In this document: one piece after another, positions 29,401 through 42,057 of the stretch
Layout: every line of letters begins with the position of its first letter
How positions within the stretch are numbered: the stretch's first letter is position 1
Origin: Azolla caroliniana
Lineage: Eukaryota; Plantae; Polypodiophyta
Direction: 5' to 3'
Length of the DNA stretch: 64,000 nucleotides
Assembly: GCA_043228905.1 (NCBI GenBank)
Contig: JBHGNT010000129.1
Span: forward strand, 7,552-71,551
Program-made: the position numbers and the translations under genes
The notes under the pieces: generated by a model
Database searches by the model: none
What the model was told of the DNA's origin: nothing
What the model saw: the letters and a program-made list of their open reading frames with translations, nothing else

Positions 29401-29519
29401 AACTGTGTCCACGCTTCTGTTTCTTCATCTCTCATATTTTCTGTTTTGTTTCCTGAGCATAATACACAGGTTCTCATACACGCTTCCGCATATCTGTTCA
29501 CATATACCCGAATAGGTGG

Positions 29520-30150
29520 GACACCTATCACAATAGACAAAAAGGCACATTACAATGCACAATTCACAGTATATATATACCATCCTTGAATGGGCATATT
29601 ATATTGGGAAAGTTCTTCTTGAGGGTCTCTTTTCCATGGAATAGTTGAGCAAGCCCGATGGATGCTCGTTGTTAAAGAAATGTGAAACTTTTGCCATGAT
29701 TTGCGGCAACTTTATAGATGACTAAAAATATATATCTAATTATGATGATGTGGGCAAACGGATATAATACAATCTCAAGAATTGAATAAGCTCATTGTTG
29801 TAGTCGCCGTGAACATTTTACTTCAATAGTCATTGTTCACAAAGTACTACATGCTAGATTGTGATGGTTGACATTGTTCAAGGACACATGAATACATAGA
29901 AAGCCACAAAAACCCACTCAAGGCTAGCCATAATCCTCTAGATACCTAATCCTAACTTGGAAACCATTTGAAAAATGAGTATATCCAACCCACACCAAAC
30001 GCAAAACGATATGATCATTTGCTAGATCAAATAACTGATTGAGTAGGCATGTGTAACAAAAAAAAATCCTTTGGTATTTAAGTACTCAGGAATCCATAAG
30101 TCATGGTTCTTGAAGAGTTAAGCCTCTATTATTTCTATTGAATGCACCTC
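29520..30150 (+). pseudogene. Highly decayed Ty3/gypsy integrase remnant
   Basis: HFTSIVIVHKVLHARL*WLTLFKDT resembles the gypsy integrase Zn-binding region. Likely continues the 23470 remnant that the copia split. Confidence 0.4.
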
Positions 30151-31084
30151 TAGAGTATTTTCATGTGATCATAACTTGTATAACTACCATATCATGAAAG
30201 CCCTAAAAAGTGCTAATGTTTTATCATTTAAATTGTTGATTGATCTAAATGGAAAAATTCTATTGTGTGCCTCCCCCTTTACTTTTCTTTCATTGTCTAT
30301 GGCTTTGCGGGATGAATCACATATTGTGAATGAGAAGACAATAAACATAGATCATAACAATGACACTTTGAAGATTGGTCGACTACCAAAAAACATGCAT
30401 GTTGAGCCTTCAAGATGGGAAATGCACCATTTCAATGAAGCAAGTGAAAAAGGACAAGGTAGAGAAGAATAGGGATGATCAACATGGCTGTGAAGGAGGC
30501 AAGAAAGTTTTCTTTAAAGAGAGTGCATAACAAAGATGTGGCACATGAGTCGAACATTAGTAGTGAATTGAGTGATGATCAAATCAAGTTCAAATAATTT
30601 GGGTTGTTGATCAATGACCATTAGCCATCATTGAGCTGACATACACATAAGTGATTGCTAGTGGAGAGTTGAGTGATGATTTTGCAGAGACATAGCTCAC
30701 CTAAAGCTTGTGTAAAGAACCCTTACATCTCAACCACAACCACATATATTTGTATCAATACATAATAATAGTGCAAAATGGCTACACATTAGAACTTATG
30801 AATTTCGGTCACTCATCAGATTTCTTAAACAAAATAATGACTCGTTTGCTTGGGAGGTTCATAGAACTTGAAATTTGGACACAAATAATGGCAATGACAG
30901 TTAATGCCTACTTATGCTCGTTGGTTCTTCATTTGAGGTTTACATTTTAATGAGAGAAAAGTAGATGCATTATTATTGCACCGAACTTACAATGGTATAT
31001 TTCTGCACCTCAAAGGGTTTTGGGCCTTGGCTTCTTATATACACATATGTGGTGCAAGACCACTTGAACACACAACCACCTCAC

Positions 31085-31526
31085 TAGGAGTCAGCAAGGG
31101 CTTGGCTCAAGCTTGACCCGAGCCATGAAACTATTTTTAACGGTTCGACTCGTTTCAGACTTGAGCCTCCTTAACTGGTTTGAGCTCAAACCAAACCGAA
31201 CTGGTTAAGGAATTGGTTTGACCAAACTAGTTAAGCATTAACCGGTTTAGGAATTGGTTCGGTTCAAGTTTGAAAACTCTGAAACCGTCGTCAAACCATT
31301 TTTTAATGGCTTGGTAGTTCAGGCTTGAGCCTCCTTAATCAGTTTGAGCTCAGTCTGTCAAGGCTCAAGCCAAACCAAACCGTTTAGGGCCAAATTAGTT
31401 GAGCCTTAATCGGTTTAGGAACATGTTCAATTCAAGTTTGAAAACTCTCAAACTGGTTACGGCGTAACCCGTTTGGTTTGGATGAAGCCAAGCTGGTTAA
31501 GTCAAAACCAAACCGTCGGATTCCTA
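31085..31526. mobile_element. hAT-type MITE (same family as 13138)
   Basis: TAGGAGTCAGCAA..GGATTCCTA ends and an internal duplication. TSD not evident. Confidence 0.6.
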
Positions 31527-31559
31527 GTTAGGCTTAATAGAAGGTAAAAAGGCTTGAAT

Positions 31560-31800
31560 GCATTCAATTGCATCTTACTACCCCCATAAGTGTTGGTTCT
31601 CGAAGAGCCATAACACTTCTTTGAACTTGCTTAGTCAAGTTAAGCGTTGAGGTGACATCATGGCATCATCACTAAAGTATGAAGATATGCAAGGATTACA
31701 ATGAAAACCTAATGGAGGATGAATATCACTTCTTGCAAGCTCCATATAGGGTAAGTCATGAGAACTTTGATGACTTGCTAGATGGTAACCAACGGTTGGA
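31560..31800 (+). pseudogene. LINE (RTE-X/L2-like) ORF2 C-terminal remnant
   Basis: KICK..NENLMEDEYHFL..PY resembles the C..C..EDE.H tail of such LINEs. Confidence 0.45.
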
Positions 31801-31949
31801 AACCAATTTGGAAACCTCCCTCCCTCTCTCCCTCTCTCACTCACTCACTCGGACAATCCACTATGTAGTATACAAGCTCCCTCCCTCCCTCTCTCTCTCA
31901 AGTTTCTAACTAATTTCTAACCTTCAAGTTTTTCTCTAACCTAAGTAGT

Positions 31950-32119
31950 AAACCACATAAACAGCTTAAGTTGTTGAGCCGGTTTGGCAAGGCTCAAACC
32001 AAGCCGAATCAAACCGAGCTCAAACCGTTTAGTCAAGCTCAAGCCTAAGCCGACTCTAGCCAAGCCGTTAAGCCGTTAAAAACCGGTTTATGCTTGACCC
32101 AAGCTGTTGCTGATCCCTA
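31950..32119. mobile_element. Partial hAT-type MITE (right end)
   Basis: Ends TGTTGCTGATCCCTA and carries AAGCC/AAACC motifs. Confidence 0.55.
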
Positions 32120-32169
32120 GATCTTACCCCGGTCCCCACTTACCTACTTGCACCCACAATATCACTCTT

Positions 32170-32362
32170 TGGATGCCCATGAGAAAATCTTTCATGTTTA
32201 ACACCTTGGATGCCCATGAGACAACTCATTATAGTATCCGTTGCTTGATGCCCATGAGACAACTCACTCTCTTATAATTACTTTGGATGCCCATGAGAAA
32301 ATCTTACATGTTTAACACCTTGGATGCCCATGAGTCAACTCATTATAGTATTTGTTGCTTGA
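32170..32362. repeat. ~38-bp tandem repeat (GATGCCCATGAG core) with ~114-bp higher-order period
   Basis: Five cores. Spacers 1 and 4 and spacers 2 and 5 are near-identical. Confidence 0.85.
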
Positions 32363-33392
32363 TACATGTGTAGCAAAGTGCAATGAAAATGTGAGGAGTC
32401 ATGTATCCATTTAAAGTTTAGATGAATTGGCAAATCTATAACACAAAATGACACCATCTTTCTTGGCATAACACTACACACAAAAGAATAACAAAAACAA
32501 ATACACACAAAAAAGGTATTGTAATATGCGTAAGTTGATGTTGCTTCATCAAAATCATGTGCGAGGAATCATGATTTGTTGATTAGCTAAAATGACCAAA
32601 CCAAACCAAACCAAATAAACAAAACTCTTCACAAATGCAAGTATTAATGATAAGGAAGGGTGCATGATTGTGTATAGCCTATATGAGGCAAAATAATTTC
32701 ATTCTTTTATGTTGCTGATTCGAACGATTGCAATGAAATAGTTCAATAATCAAACTTCACCAATATAGCTAGGGAAAGAATTAGAGCCCATAAGTTATAA
32801 CTTTATTAAGAGAAAATATATCTACCGTATTCAAACATATTTGTCGGTTGGTAAGGCACATTCAATGTAGATGAAAATACCCCTAATAAGTAGCAAGAAA
32901 GTGGGATAACACAACATGTAAACACAAGTTGGCAAGTAGGCTATATGTATAAATACACAACTAGGCAAAGATTGTGCTTTTACGTCATACTCATGTTTTA
33001 CACATCATCAAGATAATTGAAGGCACATTTGGGTTGGGTCCACAAAGATTGACTTATTTGTTTTTCAATCAGACAACAGTAGAGATTGCACAAATTGGAA
33101 TCAAACCTAAGTGGACTGCTCATTTTTGAGGCATCCACTTGGGCCTTTAATTATAAACACATTAACATTTGGAACTATTTGACTAGGCTTTTTAACACAA
33201 ACTAGGCTATGGGGAGTAGTGAAAGATATCAAACATGAAAAGTAGTAGATGAGAAAAGCAAAGAGATAAAAGAAAACGAAAAGGAAAGAGAAATAAACAA
33301 AGGAGCACACAATGAAGAAAGGTAGAACAACCGGAAACCACAATAAAAATGCCAACTCTACAATTTATACACAAGACAATTATGATTGGTAT

Positions 33393-33742
33393 TAACAGTC
33401 GGCAAGAGTTCGGTTTGAACTGAACCGAGCTGCGAAACTGCGACTTAATGGTTTAAACGGTTCGGTTCGGTTCATGTTCAGGTTTTAACGGTTCAGTTTG
33501 GTTTCAACCGTTAGAAACTGTGGTTTAAGGAAAATCTTTTCAATTTTTAAAATTTACAATTTAAATTTAAAATTTTGACCGAAGTTGAAAACCAAAACCA
33601 AACCACAAAACCACAGTTTTAATGATTTGAATTTTTTTTACCTTTTCGGTTTAACGGTATCGTGGTTTGGTTCAAGTTTCCAAATTTTTGAACGGTTTGG
33701 TTTTGACACTCTCAAACCGAACTATCCCGTTGCCGATTGTTA
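33393..33742. mobile_element. hAT-type MITE
   Basis: TIR TAACAGTCGGCAA / TTGCCGATTGTTA. 8-bp TSD ATTGGTAT/ATGGGTAT. Confidence 0.85.
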
Positions 33743-33896
33743 ATGGGTATGTCAATCTAAATTTTCTTGATTACTATTGGTGGTGCAACATTACTCTTCA
33801 TAATTCAACCAAGTTTTTCTTCTTGTTTTGAGGCCTTGTCTTGCAAGCATGCAATGAGAATTTTGTTCGATTGAAGCTCCTTCACTCCATTATAAT

Positions 33897-35135
33897 TAGG
33901 AATCGGCAACGGGTCGGTTTAGGCTTAACCAGTTTGGTTTTATCCAAGCCAAATTGGTTAAGCCTAAACCATTTTGGGGTTCTCAAACCTGAACCAAACC
34001 AAACCGATCCTTAAATTGGTTTACCAACCGGTTTGGGATGAAAAAGCTTTAGAGGTGTGAAGAAACCCAAAACACACCAGCGTCACTTCTACTCTTCTCC
34101 TCCTCCTCATAACTTCCACCCCCTTGGCCTTACCACCGATGAGTTTGAATTCAACTCCAAGTCCCACCTCCACAACTCCCTCTCCGTAGACTACTACAAT
34201 TGGTTGGTTGACATCCACGAATCCCCTGCCTCCCACCACCCAAACCATGAGCCCCGAGGATATGGTGACCTTTCACTCTTGGTGATCCAATCCTTCTCCA
34301 AATTTGACATGTCCACCCACCCCCACCCTCATCTTCCTTTGTAGATTGCTACCACCCGACCCTTTTTGGACCTCAATACGTCCATTCTCAATTGCTATTG
34401 CCCATTCCTCAACCACCTTCAGGTCGAGCTCGCCGCTAGGTCCTAGGTCAAACTCAAGAGAGAATAACTAAAATTTCATCTATATGTATAGAAATAATGT
34501 ATATAACAACCAACAATCGGCAACGGTTCGGTTTGAACCAAACTGAACTGTGAAACCACGGCTTAATGGTTTCAACGGTTTGGTTTGGTTTAGGTTTAGG
34601 TTTTTAAAAATGGTTCAGTTCGGTTTCATCTATATGTATAGAAATAATGTATATAACAACTAACAATTGGCAATGGTTCGGTTTGAACCAAACCGAACTG
34701 CGAAACCACGGCTTAACGGTTTCAACGGTTTGTTTTGGTTTAGGTTTAGGTTTTAAAAAATGGTTCGGTTCGGTTTCAATAGTTAGAAACCACGGTTTAA
34801 ACGGTTTAACGTTTTTTATTTTTTATTTTTTATTTTAAAATTTTAAATATTTGTTTTAAAACAATATTTTCATTTTTAGACCTTATTCTTACATTTTAGG
34901 AACATCTTTAAAAATTTAAAAATGAAATATTATAAATTTTAAAATTTTAAAATTTTAAAATTGACCTAAGTTGAAAACCGAAACCGTAGTTTTAATAGTT
35001 TAATGGTTTGAAAAAAAATTCAACGGTTTCATGGTTCGGTTCGGGTTTCAAAAATTTAGGTAGGCTCAAGCCGAGCCGAGCCGCCAAACCATTTAAACCC
35101 GGTTTAGGCTTGAACCGAGCCGTTGCCGATCCCTA
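33897..35135. mobile_element. Composite non-autonomous hAT element with internal GC-richer fragment and nested MITE pieces
   Basis: TIR TAGGAATCGGCAACGG / CCGTTGCCGATCCCTA. 8-bp TSD ATTATAAT/ATTGTAAT. ~150-bp tandem duplication at 34475-34775. Confidence 0.8.
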
Positions 35136-35518
35136 ATTGTAATAAAATATCATACTATACATATTGCTTCCTTGTATTTAACCTTCCCCTTTTCTTTTGG
35201 TCTAAGTAAGCATAAAAGCACATAAACTTCTATGTCATCAAAGTAATATCCGAGAAAAACAATTCTAAGAAAAGGATAAATATTATTTAAATGATTGTTT
35301 AACCAATGTATCAATATTTGTAGGTTTTTTATTCGAAAGCCTTCATAATTTAAAGATATTTGTGTATTTGAATTTCAAAATGTAAAGAATGAAGCAAATA
35401 AATTCAAACACATTTTGTTTTCCCCGAAAATTTAGATAGTGTTTTGGAACATGTTTTTCATTTTCTGCATTTAGTTTCTTTAAATTGTAACTATTTGTTA
35501 TTCCCAAAACTAATGGGA

Positions 35519-35857
35519 TTTTCCAAAAAGAAGCTACTTTCCCATTAGTTAGGAGATATTATTACAAAAAGACTATATAAGGTGGCTTATACATAAATCA
35601 AGGAATCATCCTCCAACCGAGTTCAAGAATATGAGACTACGCACATATCATTTCAAACTGACTACTTAATGTAAGTAGGCACTTATAGCTATAAACTAGT
35701 GCCCTTCATCACCAGCCAGTACGAGCTAGATCATATGGCCTACAACGAAGGGAGGGTGGGAGGTGAGTAGGAAACTATCAGCGTGGGGTTTGGTAGCTCC
35801 ACCTCGGGCCGTTTCCTCCTTGCATCACCATCGGCATGTTCCGCCATTTCTACCCAA
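35519..35857 (-). mobile_element. 5'-truncated L1 3' end
   Basis: Collinear with 45231-45536 joined to 62885-62920. Confidence 0.75.
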
Positions 35858-35979
35858 TAATTTTATGATTATCTTCAGGTATTAAATATGTCTTATGTGG
35901 TCGAAAAGATAACATTTGCATGCAACGTAAAAGTGAGTAGTGACTCTCGATGCCCAAGAAATCAATTACTATCTGTCAT

Positions 35980-36625
35980 AATGGAGACAACACATTGTGA
36001 CTATGATAGTAATTCATGCAAGCATTGGGTTTGGTGGTTGAAGATGTGTAGAAAACATAATTGAACGTGATCAACGACAAAGCATAACATCAAAGTGTGA
36101 TACTCAAACTCCAAAATTTGTTTAACAAGATGTGCATAGTCAACTATTGATGTGTATGTATGGAGCACAAATCTCCACATTTTCCCCATGTCTGATACAT
36201 TAGTGTTGCAAAAATGTTTCATTCACTAAGGAATCTATTGATGCATCATGAAGCAAGCAAGGTTTGTTTGCATCCCATTTCCAAACCATTTTTTGATGTC
36301 TTGCATCCAATGGAATCACAATTTTGCTTTCACGGATCTTTTAGATACTTCCCATTAAATTCTATGAAGTTGATATGAGGGAGTTTTTTTAACATTAAGC
36401 ATGTATTGAACAACCTGTTCCATAGCCATCATCTCAATGGAAAGTCAATCTGTCTCAAGGAGGGTGTATGACACGTGTTTCCTCACTTAGAGAAACTTTG
36501 TAAGGAAATGCTTATGGACATTTTCAAACTCTGTCTACATGGGCTTAGGGACACTACCGCCCTATCATTCCACCCTATAAAGAAACATCAGTGTCACCAA
36601 ACCATCCAAAAGGTATTTCATGTGT
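35980..36625 (-). pseudogene. Decayed RTE-X/L2-like LINE ORF2 fragment
   Basis: LLDGLVTLMFLYRVE..FENVHKHFL..LLET..SIEMMA resembles the post-RT region of these LINEs. Confidence 0.5.
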
Positions 36626-36690
<65 letters not shown>

Positions 36691-36999
36691 AAAAACAATA
36701 AGGATGATAGATTGTGGGAACATTTGCAAGGTATGGTGAAGTTATGATGGAAGATTGTATGAAGGATAATGCTAAACTTGCAAAGGAGTTTGCCTAAGGT
36801 GATATTGTAAGGATGTAGGTTGATACTTATGTTATGTTGAGTTCTTTTGACAATTTCTTTGATAGAGTTGTCATCCTATTTTAGAAAGATACCCTTTTTT
36901 TCCATAAAAACTATACTCCATTGGTATTAAAATTAACAATGCCAAAGGCAATCTACAAAAAAGAGGAATTGCTGAACAAATTGCCTTTTTTTGTTGACG

Positions 37000-39470
37000 T
37001 TTCCTGCTTTGAGGCCATTAGAGGATTGTCAATATATATTGAAGAGGGATTGTCCTACATTGCTAGGGGTGGAATATAAATATTGAACAATATGGCCATT
37101 TTTACAATCCAAAATCGAGAGAATGGGTAGGATTTTGGTGCCACCTAATGCTAATTGCCAAAATCTTTTTAGAATGTTTATTCTTCAGAATAATCTAGTA
37201 AAGAGACCAAATTGTTTGCAAATTGGATGTCTTGGTATGTCTCCTATGTCCTTCAAACTTTCAAGACGTAGATTTGCATGGCATTGTTTTAGGAAATATT
37301 TTGGCCAAGAGTCCACAAAGAGGCAAATATATATATATATATAAGAGAACGTAAAATGATGGAGAATAGCGACGATAGTCTAGGAGGAGCCAATACAAAA
37401 TGATAAGGATTTAGAGGTGCCAATCATAGAGAAAATAAGGGGGCAAAGGGTAGTGAATAAGAGATTGAGAAATCATTAGAGTTGCATAGGCAATGTGCAA
37501 AGTTACTAGAAAGATGTAGATAAATAATAAGGATGGGAGGAATAAACCAAATGACAAAAATGGTTGGGGAAGCACACCACGATACCACAATTCCACACAG
37601 AAACACCCCATCAAATAGGTAGTTCCAGGTTCCAACATGACAAGGTAAATAGTATTGGGCTTTTCAAGGGAAGTATAAGAAATGTCTTTACTTTTGAACC
37701 TTGATTCACAATTTGGAAGTAGAGAAGTTTTAAAAGGATTTCTTTTGCTATGATTTCAATTGTTGGAAAAGTCAAGGAATCTTTCAAATGATGAGTGATA
37801 GTTATGTAAGGCGATAAATCACCATTTTCGTCATCATAATTGGTTTCCAGGTTGGGAGTGAGTTTTTAGTATTTATATCCTAGGCAAATCCAATGTTTGT
37901 TGTGAATTAGTCTCAATGGAGTGAATCCAAATTCCATGATTCAAAATTTGGGTGAAGAAATACTACAAGGTTAAAATGATTACTTTTGTGGCAATTTTCA
38001 TAATTGTTAAAGTTGAGGAATCTTTCACGTGGAGAGCAACAATTATTTAAGATGGCATGTCATCGCGTTAATCATCTAAAGGGGTTTGTAGGTTGGGAGT
38101 GATTTCTTAGTATTTGGGTCCTAAATAAATCCAAACTTGTGTCTAGGTTGGGTAGATCCAAATTCCCTTGCTTCACAAGTGTGGATCTAAATTCGATAAT
38201 TATGTAATTTCACAAGTGATCATGTTTGTCATCTAGATTGGGTTGTAGGTTGGGAGTGAGTTCATAGTATTTGAATCCTAGATAAATCCAACATTGATTG
38301 TAATGGATCCAAAAAGGAGAGAGACACATGTGTAGGGGTTTTAGACCTATGTTTGATGAAATTCAATTATCTTTAGGGAATTTTCTCTCAAATTGGTCAC
38401 CTTCTTTTGAACGTGTTTGATTTGGATATTTTACTCCAGTTGATGTTATGATAGGAGCAAAAGGAACGTCTCAATGAGACTGTTACTATTTGGACGTAAA
38501 TGAGGAAGGAAGATTATGGCAAATTGATGTGGAATCATCAATTTGGCAAACGACATTGCAACATCCGGTGAGAGTGATTGGTAAGTCTGGTAAAAGGTGG
38601 ATTTTAGATCCTTCTCCTTTTGATAATATGTTGTTTTGCCAACTCTAGGTTTTAAAAAAAAATCATTCTTGGGCTTGCATTGGGATCCATCAGATTATCT
38701 TTGGAAACATACAAATCCTTCGTCTCAATATTCTGTGAAGTTGGGACAAAAGATGCTCTTAAGTAGGAAATTGCATCCGCCATCGCTATGAAAGTGTGGT
38801 TGGCGAATGGGGCCTCTTTAATGGATGCATCTAAATATTGGAAGTAGTTATGGAGTATGCAAATTCCAAGGAAGATTGTCCTTTTTCATTGGTTACTGAT
38901 CCATTATGCACTACTAGTTCGGGCTTGGTTACGAGAACTAGACAGTAAGTCATGTGGATTTGGTTGTGGATGTATGATGGAATCAATTAAGCATGTATTG
39001 TGGTCTTGTCCTAAAATGATGAAATTATGGCAAAGAGTATTAAGGTTGTTGATATTGATTGATACATGTTAATTGTGTGATCACTTGGGGTGCGAGTTAG
39101 GTGGGGCATTTTAGAGGGACAACTCTTGCTATATGAAAAGGAGGGATATAGTGGAAGCCTTTCACATAGTTCCTCCTCATATACAAATGGTTCAACCTTT
39201 TATAAGTGATAGTTTGCAATTTAGGTATAATATTATCTTGAAGACAATTTCATCTATTCTGATGTGGGTAATTTGGAAGGCATGATGCACATTAGTTTTT
39301 GACAATGCCACTCAGGATGTTTTTGTTATAATTGCCGAATTCTGGTTGCTACTTGTTCATACATTACGTGGTCAGTATGAAAGTTTTACAAGCAATGTTG
39401 ATGCCATTTTCAGGAAGCAAACACATTTTAAAAGGTTATGGGACTCTGCTCATTTTTAGGGATGATGCAG
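37000..39470 (+). pseudogene. Decayed L1 ORF2 3' region (zf-RVT)
   Basis: QIPRKIVLFHWLL..C..C..ESIKHVLWSC..LW at 38857-39072. Boundaries approximate. Confidence 0.65.
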
Positions 39471-41217
39471 ATATGCTCATTTTGGAAAACAATGTCTACT
39501 AACTTTGTTTATGGACACTCTGTTGTTACAGATTTTGGTGGTATAGGTTACATTGCATGCTCAATTGCAGTTTGGGAGGAGTAGACCATACAAATCTTGG
39601 AGATATGGTGTACAAATATGTGTAGTTCCGGTATATACACATCAAATCGGCTATGATGCGAGCACAATGGAGTCGGTTGGTATTCTCCTTTATCCAACAC
39701 AACTTTTATATTGCTTCTAATTTTATAATACCAAGGCATATCTCTTTCTTTCTTTCTTTTTAAAAGGTTATGAGCACAAGCATTTGTAAACAATACGCTT
39801 CGCTAACACTTTTCTTCTTAGAAATGGCTTTTAGTCAATATCCATAAACTAAGATTGAAAAAAATTAGATTTTTGAGTTAAGCACTAAGGTGTCATTGTT
39901 GACATCTTCATAGGATTGATATCTATTGCCTATTAAGCCCGAATCTACATGTGAAGTTTTCGCAGTATACGAGGAAGTGTTTTATAGCTCATGACTACAA
40001 CTCAACTTTAGAGATTAGGCACACTATGGATCTTTTTATCAAGGGGATTCGTACTAATTAAACCACCCAACAATTAGATGTTCCCAATTCATCTTAATGT
40101 GATTAATCTTCCAAACAGATATTGTGCCTAATCAAATTATTTGCTGATATGGAACTATGGATGTCACCACATTCATAGGCAAAGATGTATTTGCATGCAA
40201 CTTCTTGATGGCAGTTATTCATGTCAAAGATTTGCAACTTTGTTTGTAATCATTCACATTCTAATGATTATGTTGTACATTTTGGAAGTGGTGGATAAAA
40301 ACTATATGGGTTATGTGGACCAAGGGTAATGATCGATGGTGTCTATGTTTGGCTAAGAGAGGCAACCAACTTGTTTGTAGGTTTGGACTTTTTTGGAAAT
40401 CTATCAAAAGACCTAGTGAATTGTCATTGGAGAACAAAACAAACATTAGTGTTGCATGTGAAAGGTTTACCGAATCATCTCAATGAGGATTCAAACATTC
40501 AACTTCTTCATATCCACATATGAGCATTTAAAGACACATTAATTTATCCTAATGTATCGTCTTTTAAGCCCAAAAACATGTAGAGGATGACGTGTAGGTG
40601 ATGTTGGCCTTTGTCCGAATTGTGGGATTTGATCTTATCATTTGAGATATAGAGCTTTATAGTATCATTCCTATTTCCGCTAATGTTGATTAGGCATAAT
40701 TAGAGTTTCAACTTTGACCTTGGCATCATCTCCGTAAGCAATGAAAGAGATAACTTCAAAAAGCTTGCATTATAGAATTCTCTATTTTTTGAAAGTGCAA
40801 ATCCTATGCAAGGCTAACAATCATAATTGTTATGTCCATGCAATTTATAAACGACTAGCACATTACCTGTACAAATATAAACATAAAGCTTTTAGGTTAC
40901 CAAAGCATTGTGGATCACTATTTTTGTTGTTCAACTTTAATGGCTTATTTATTGGGTTGCCTAATCAACTGTCTTCACCATCCTACAACTAGCCTAATGA
41001 CCCAATTACTTGGATTCGATAAGAAGTAGTGCCCTTATTACCGTACTCTTCCATTTATTTGTGAATACAAGTTAAATGCATAACTAACAAGAAGGAAATG
41101 TGAATACATTGACATACATTATGTGGAAACTAGGTGCCCATTTAAGGATAAAGTCAACTGCATGCAAATGCCCACCATTTAACGGCAAACAGAATATCAT
41201 GGGGGTAATTTGGAATA

Positions 41218-41401
41218 AGTGGTTCAACCTTTTATAAGTGGTAGTTTGCAATTTAGGGATGATATTATATGGAAGACAATTTCATCTATTTTGATGTGGG
41301 TAATTTGGAAAGTGCGATGCACATCAATATTTGATCATGTCACTCAGGATGTTGTTGTTATAATCGCTAAATTCTGGTTGTTACTTGTTCATACATTGCG
41401 T
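41218..41401 (+). mobile_element. L1 fragment (paralog of 39188-39369), target of gypsy insertion
   Basis: Close sequence match that stops exactly at the LTR start at 41402. Confidence 0.75.
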
Positions 41402-42057
41402 TGTCGTAAAGAAAACCGGCCATAGGCGGAATCGAAGAAAAAGGTGCATGAACCGGCTCTTACACGGGTGGACGCGAGGATTGATATATTGTACATAATT
41501 CGTAATTAGGGCAACTGGTGTAAATACTAGGTAGCACATTTATTAGGGGATTTTGTGCGTATCTCTGTCGACAGGTACAGGGAATAAAGCAGTTTGGCTA
41601 AGGAAAAGGGGGGAACTATTTAAGGAGGGAGAGGAGGAAGGAACAGGTATCGCGCGCTAGGGAGGACAAAGTGCTGCTGCAGATCTGAGTGCCGAGCTCT
41701 CTCTTCTCCTCCGACCGTCGGTCTTTGTGAATCAGAAGCTCGTTGCCTCTGCTTCGTGGACAACCCGTGCGCTTCCAGCAGAGGCTCTCCCCCTTTTGTT
41801 TGTTTCTGGGAGTCGAGCGAGTGCTGTCTGTGTGTGAGTAGGATCCCCATGTCGGGCCCATCGCCGCCTTGCTGGTTGTAACCGTCAAAGTCGTATTCTC
41901 TTGTTATTGTATTCTCATGTGTTGTCTGTGTGTGTGAGTAGGATCCCCATGTCGGGCCCATCGCCGCCTTGCCGGTTGTAACCATCAAAGTCGTATTCTC
42001 TTGTTATTGTATTCTCTTGTCATGGTAAACTCTTGTTATTGAAATCGAGTGTTACGT
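41402..42057 (+). mobile_element. Gypsy LTR, interrupted at 42058
   Basis: TGTCGTAAAGAAAACCGG start related to the element B LTR. Internal ~105-bp tandem duplication at 41825-42020. Confidence 0.7.

Noticed and set aside
32170-32362. CRISPR array
   Set aside because: Eukaryotic context, short spacers that themselves repeat, and no cas genes.
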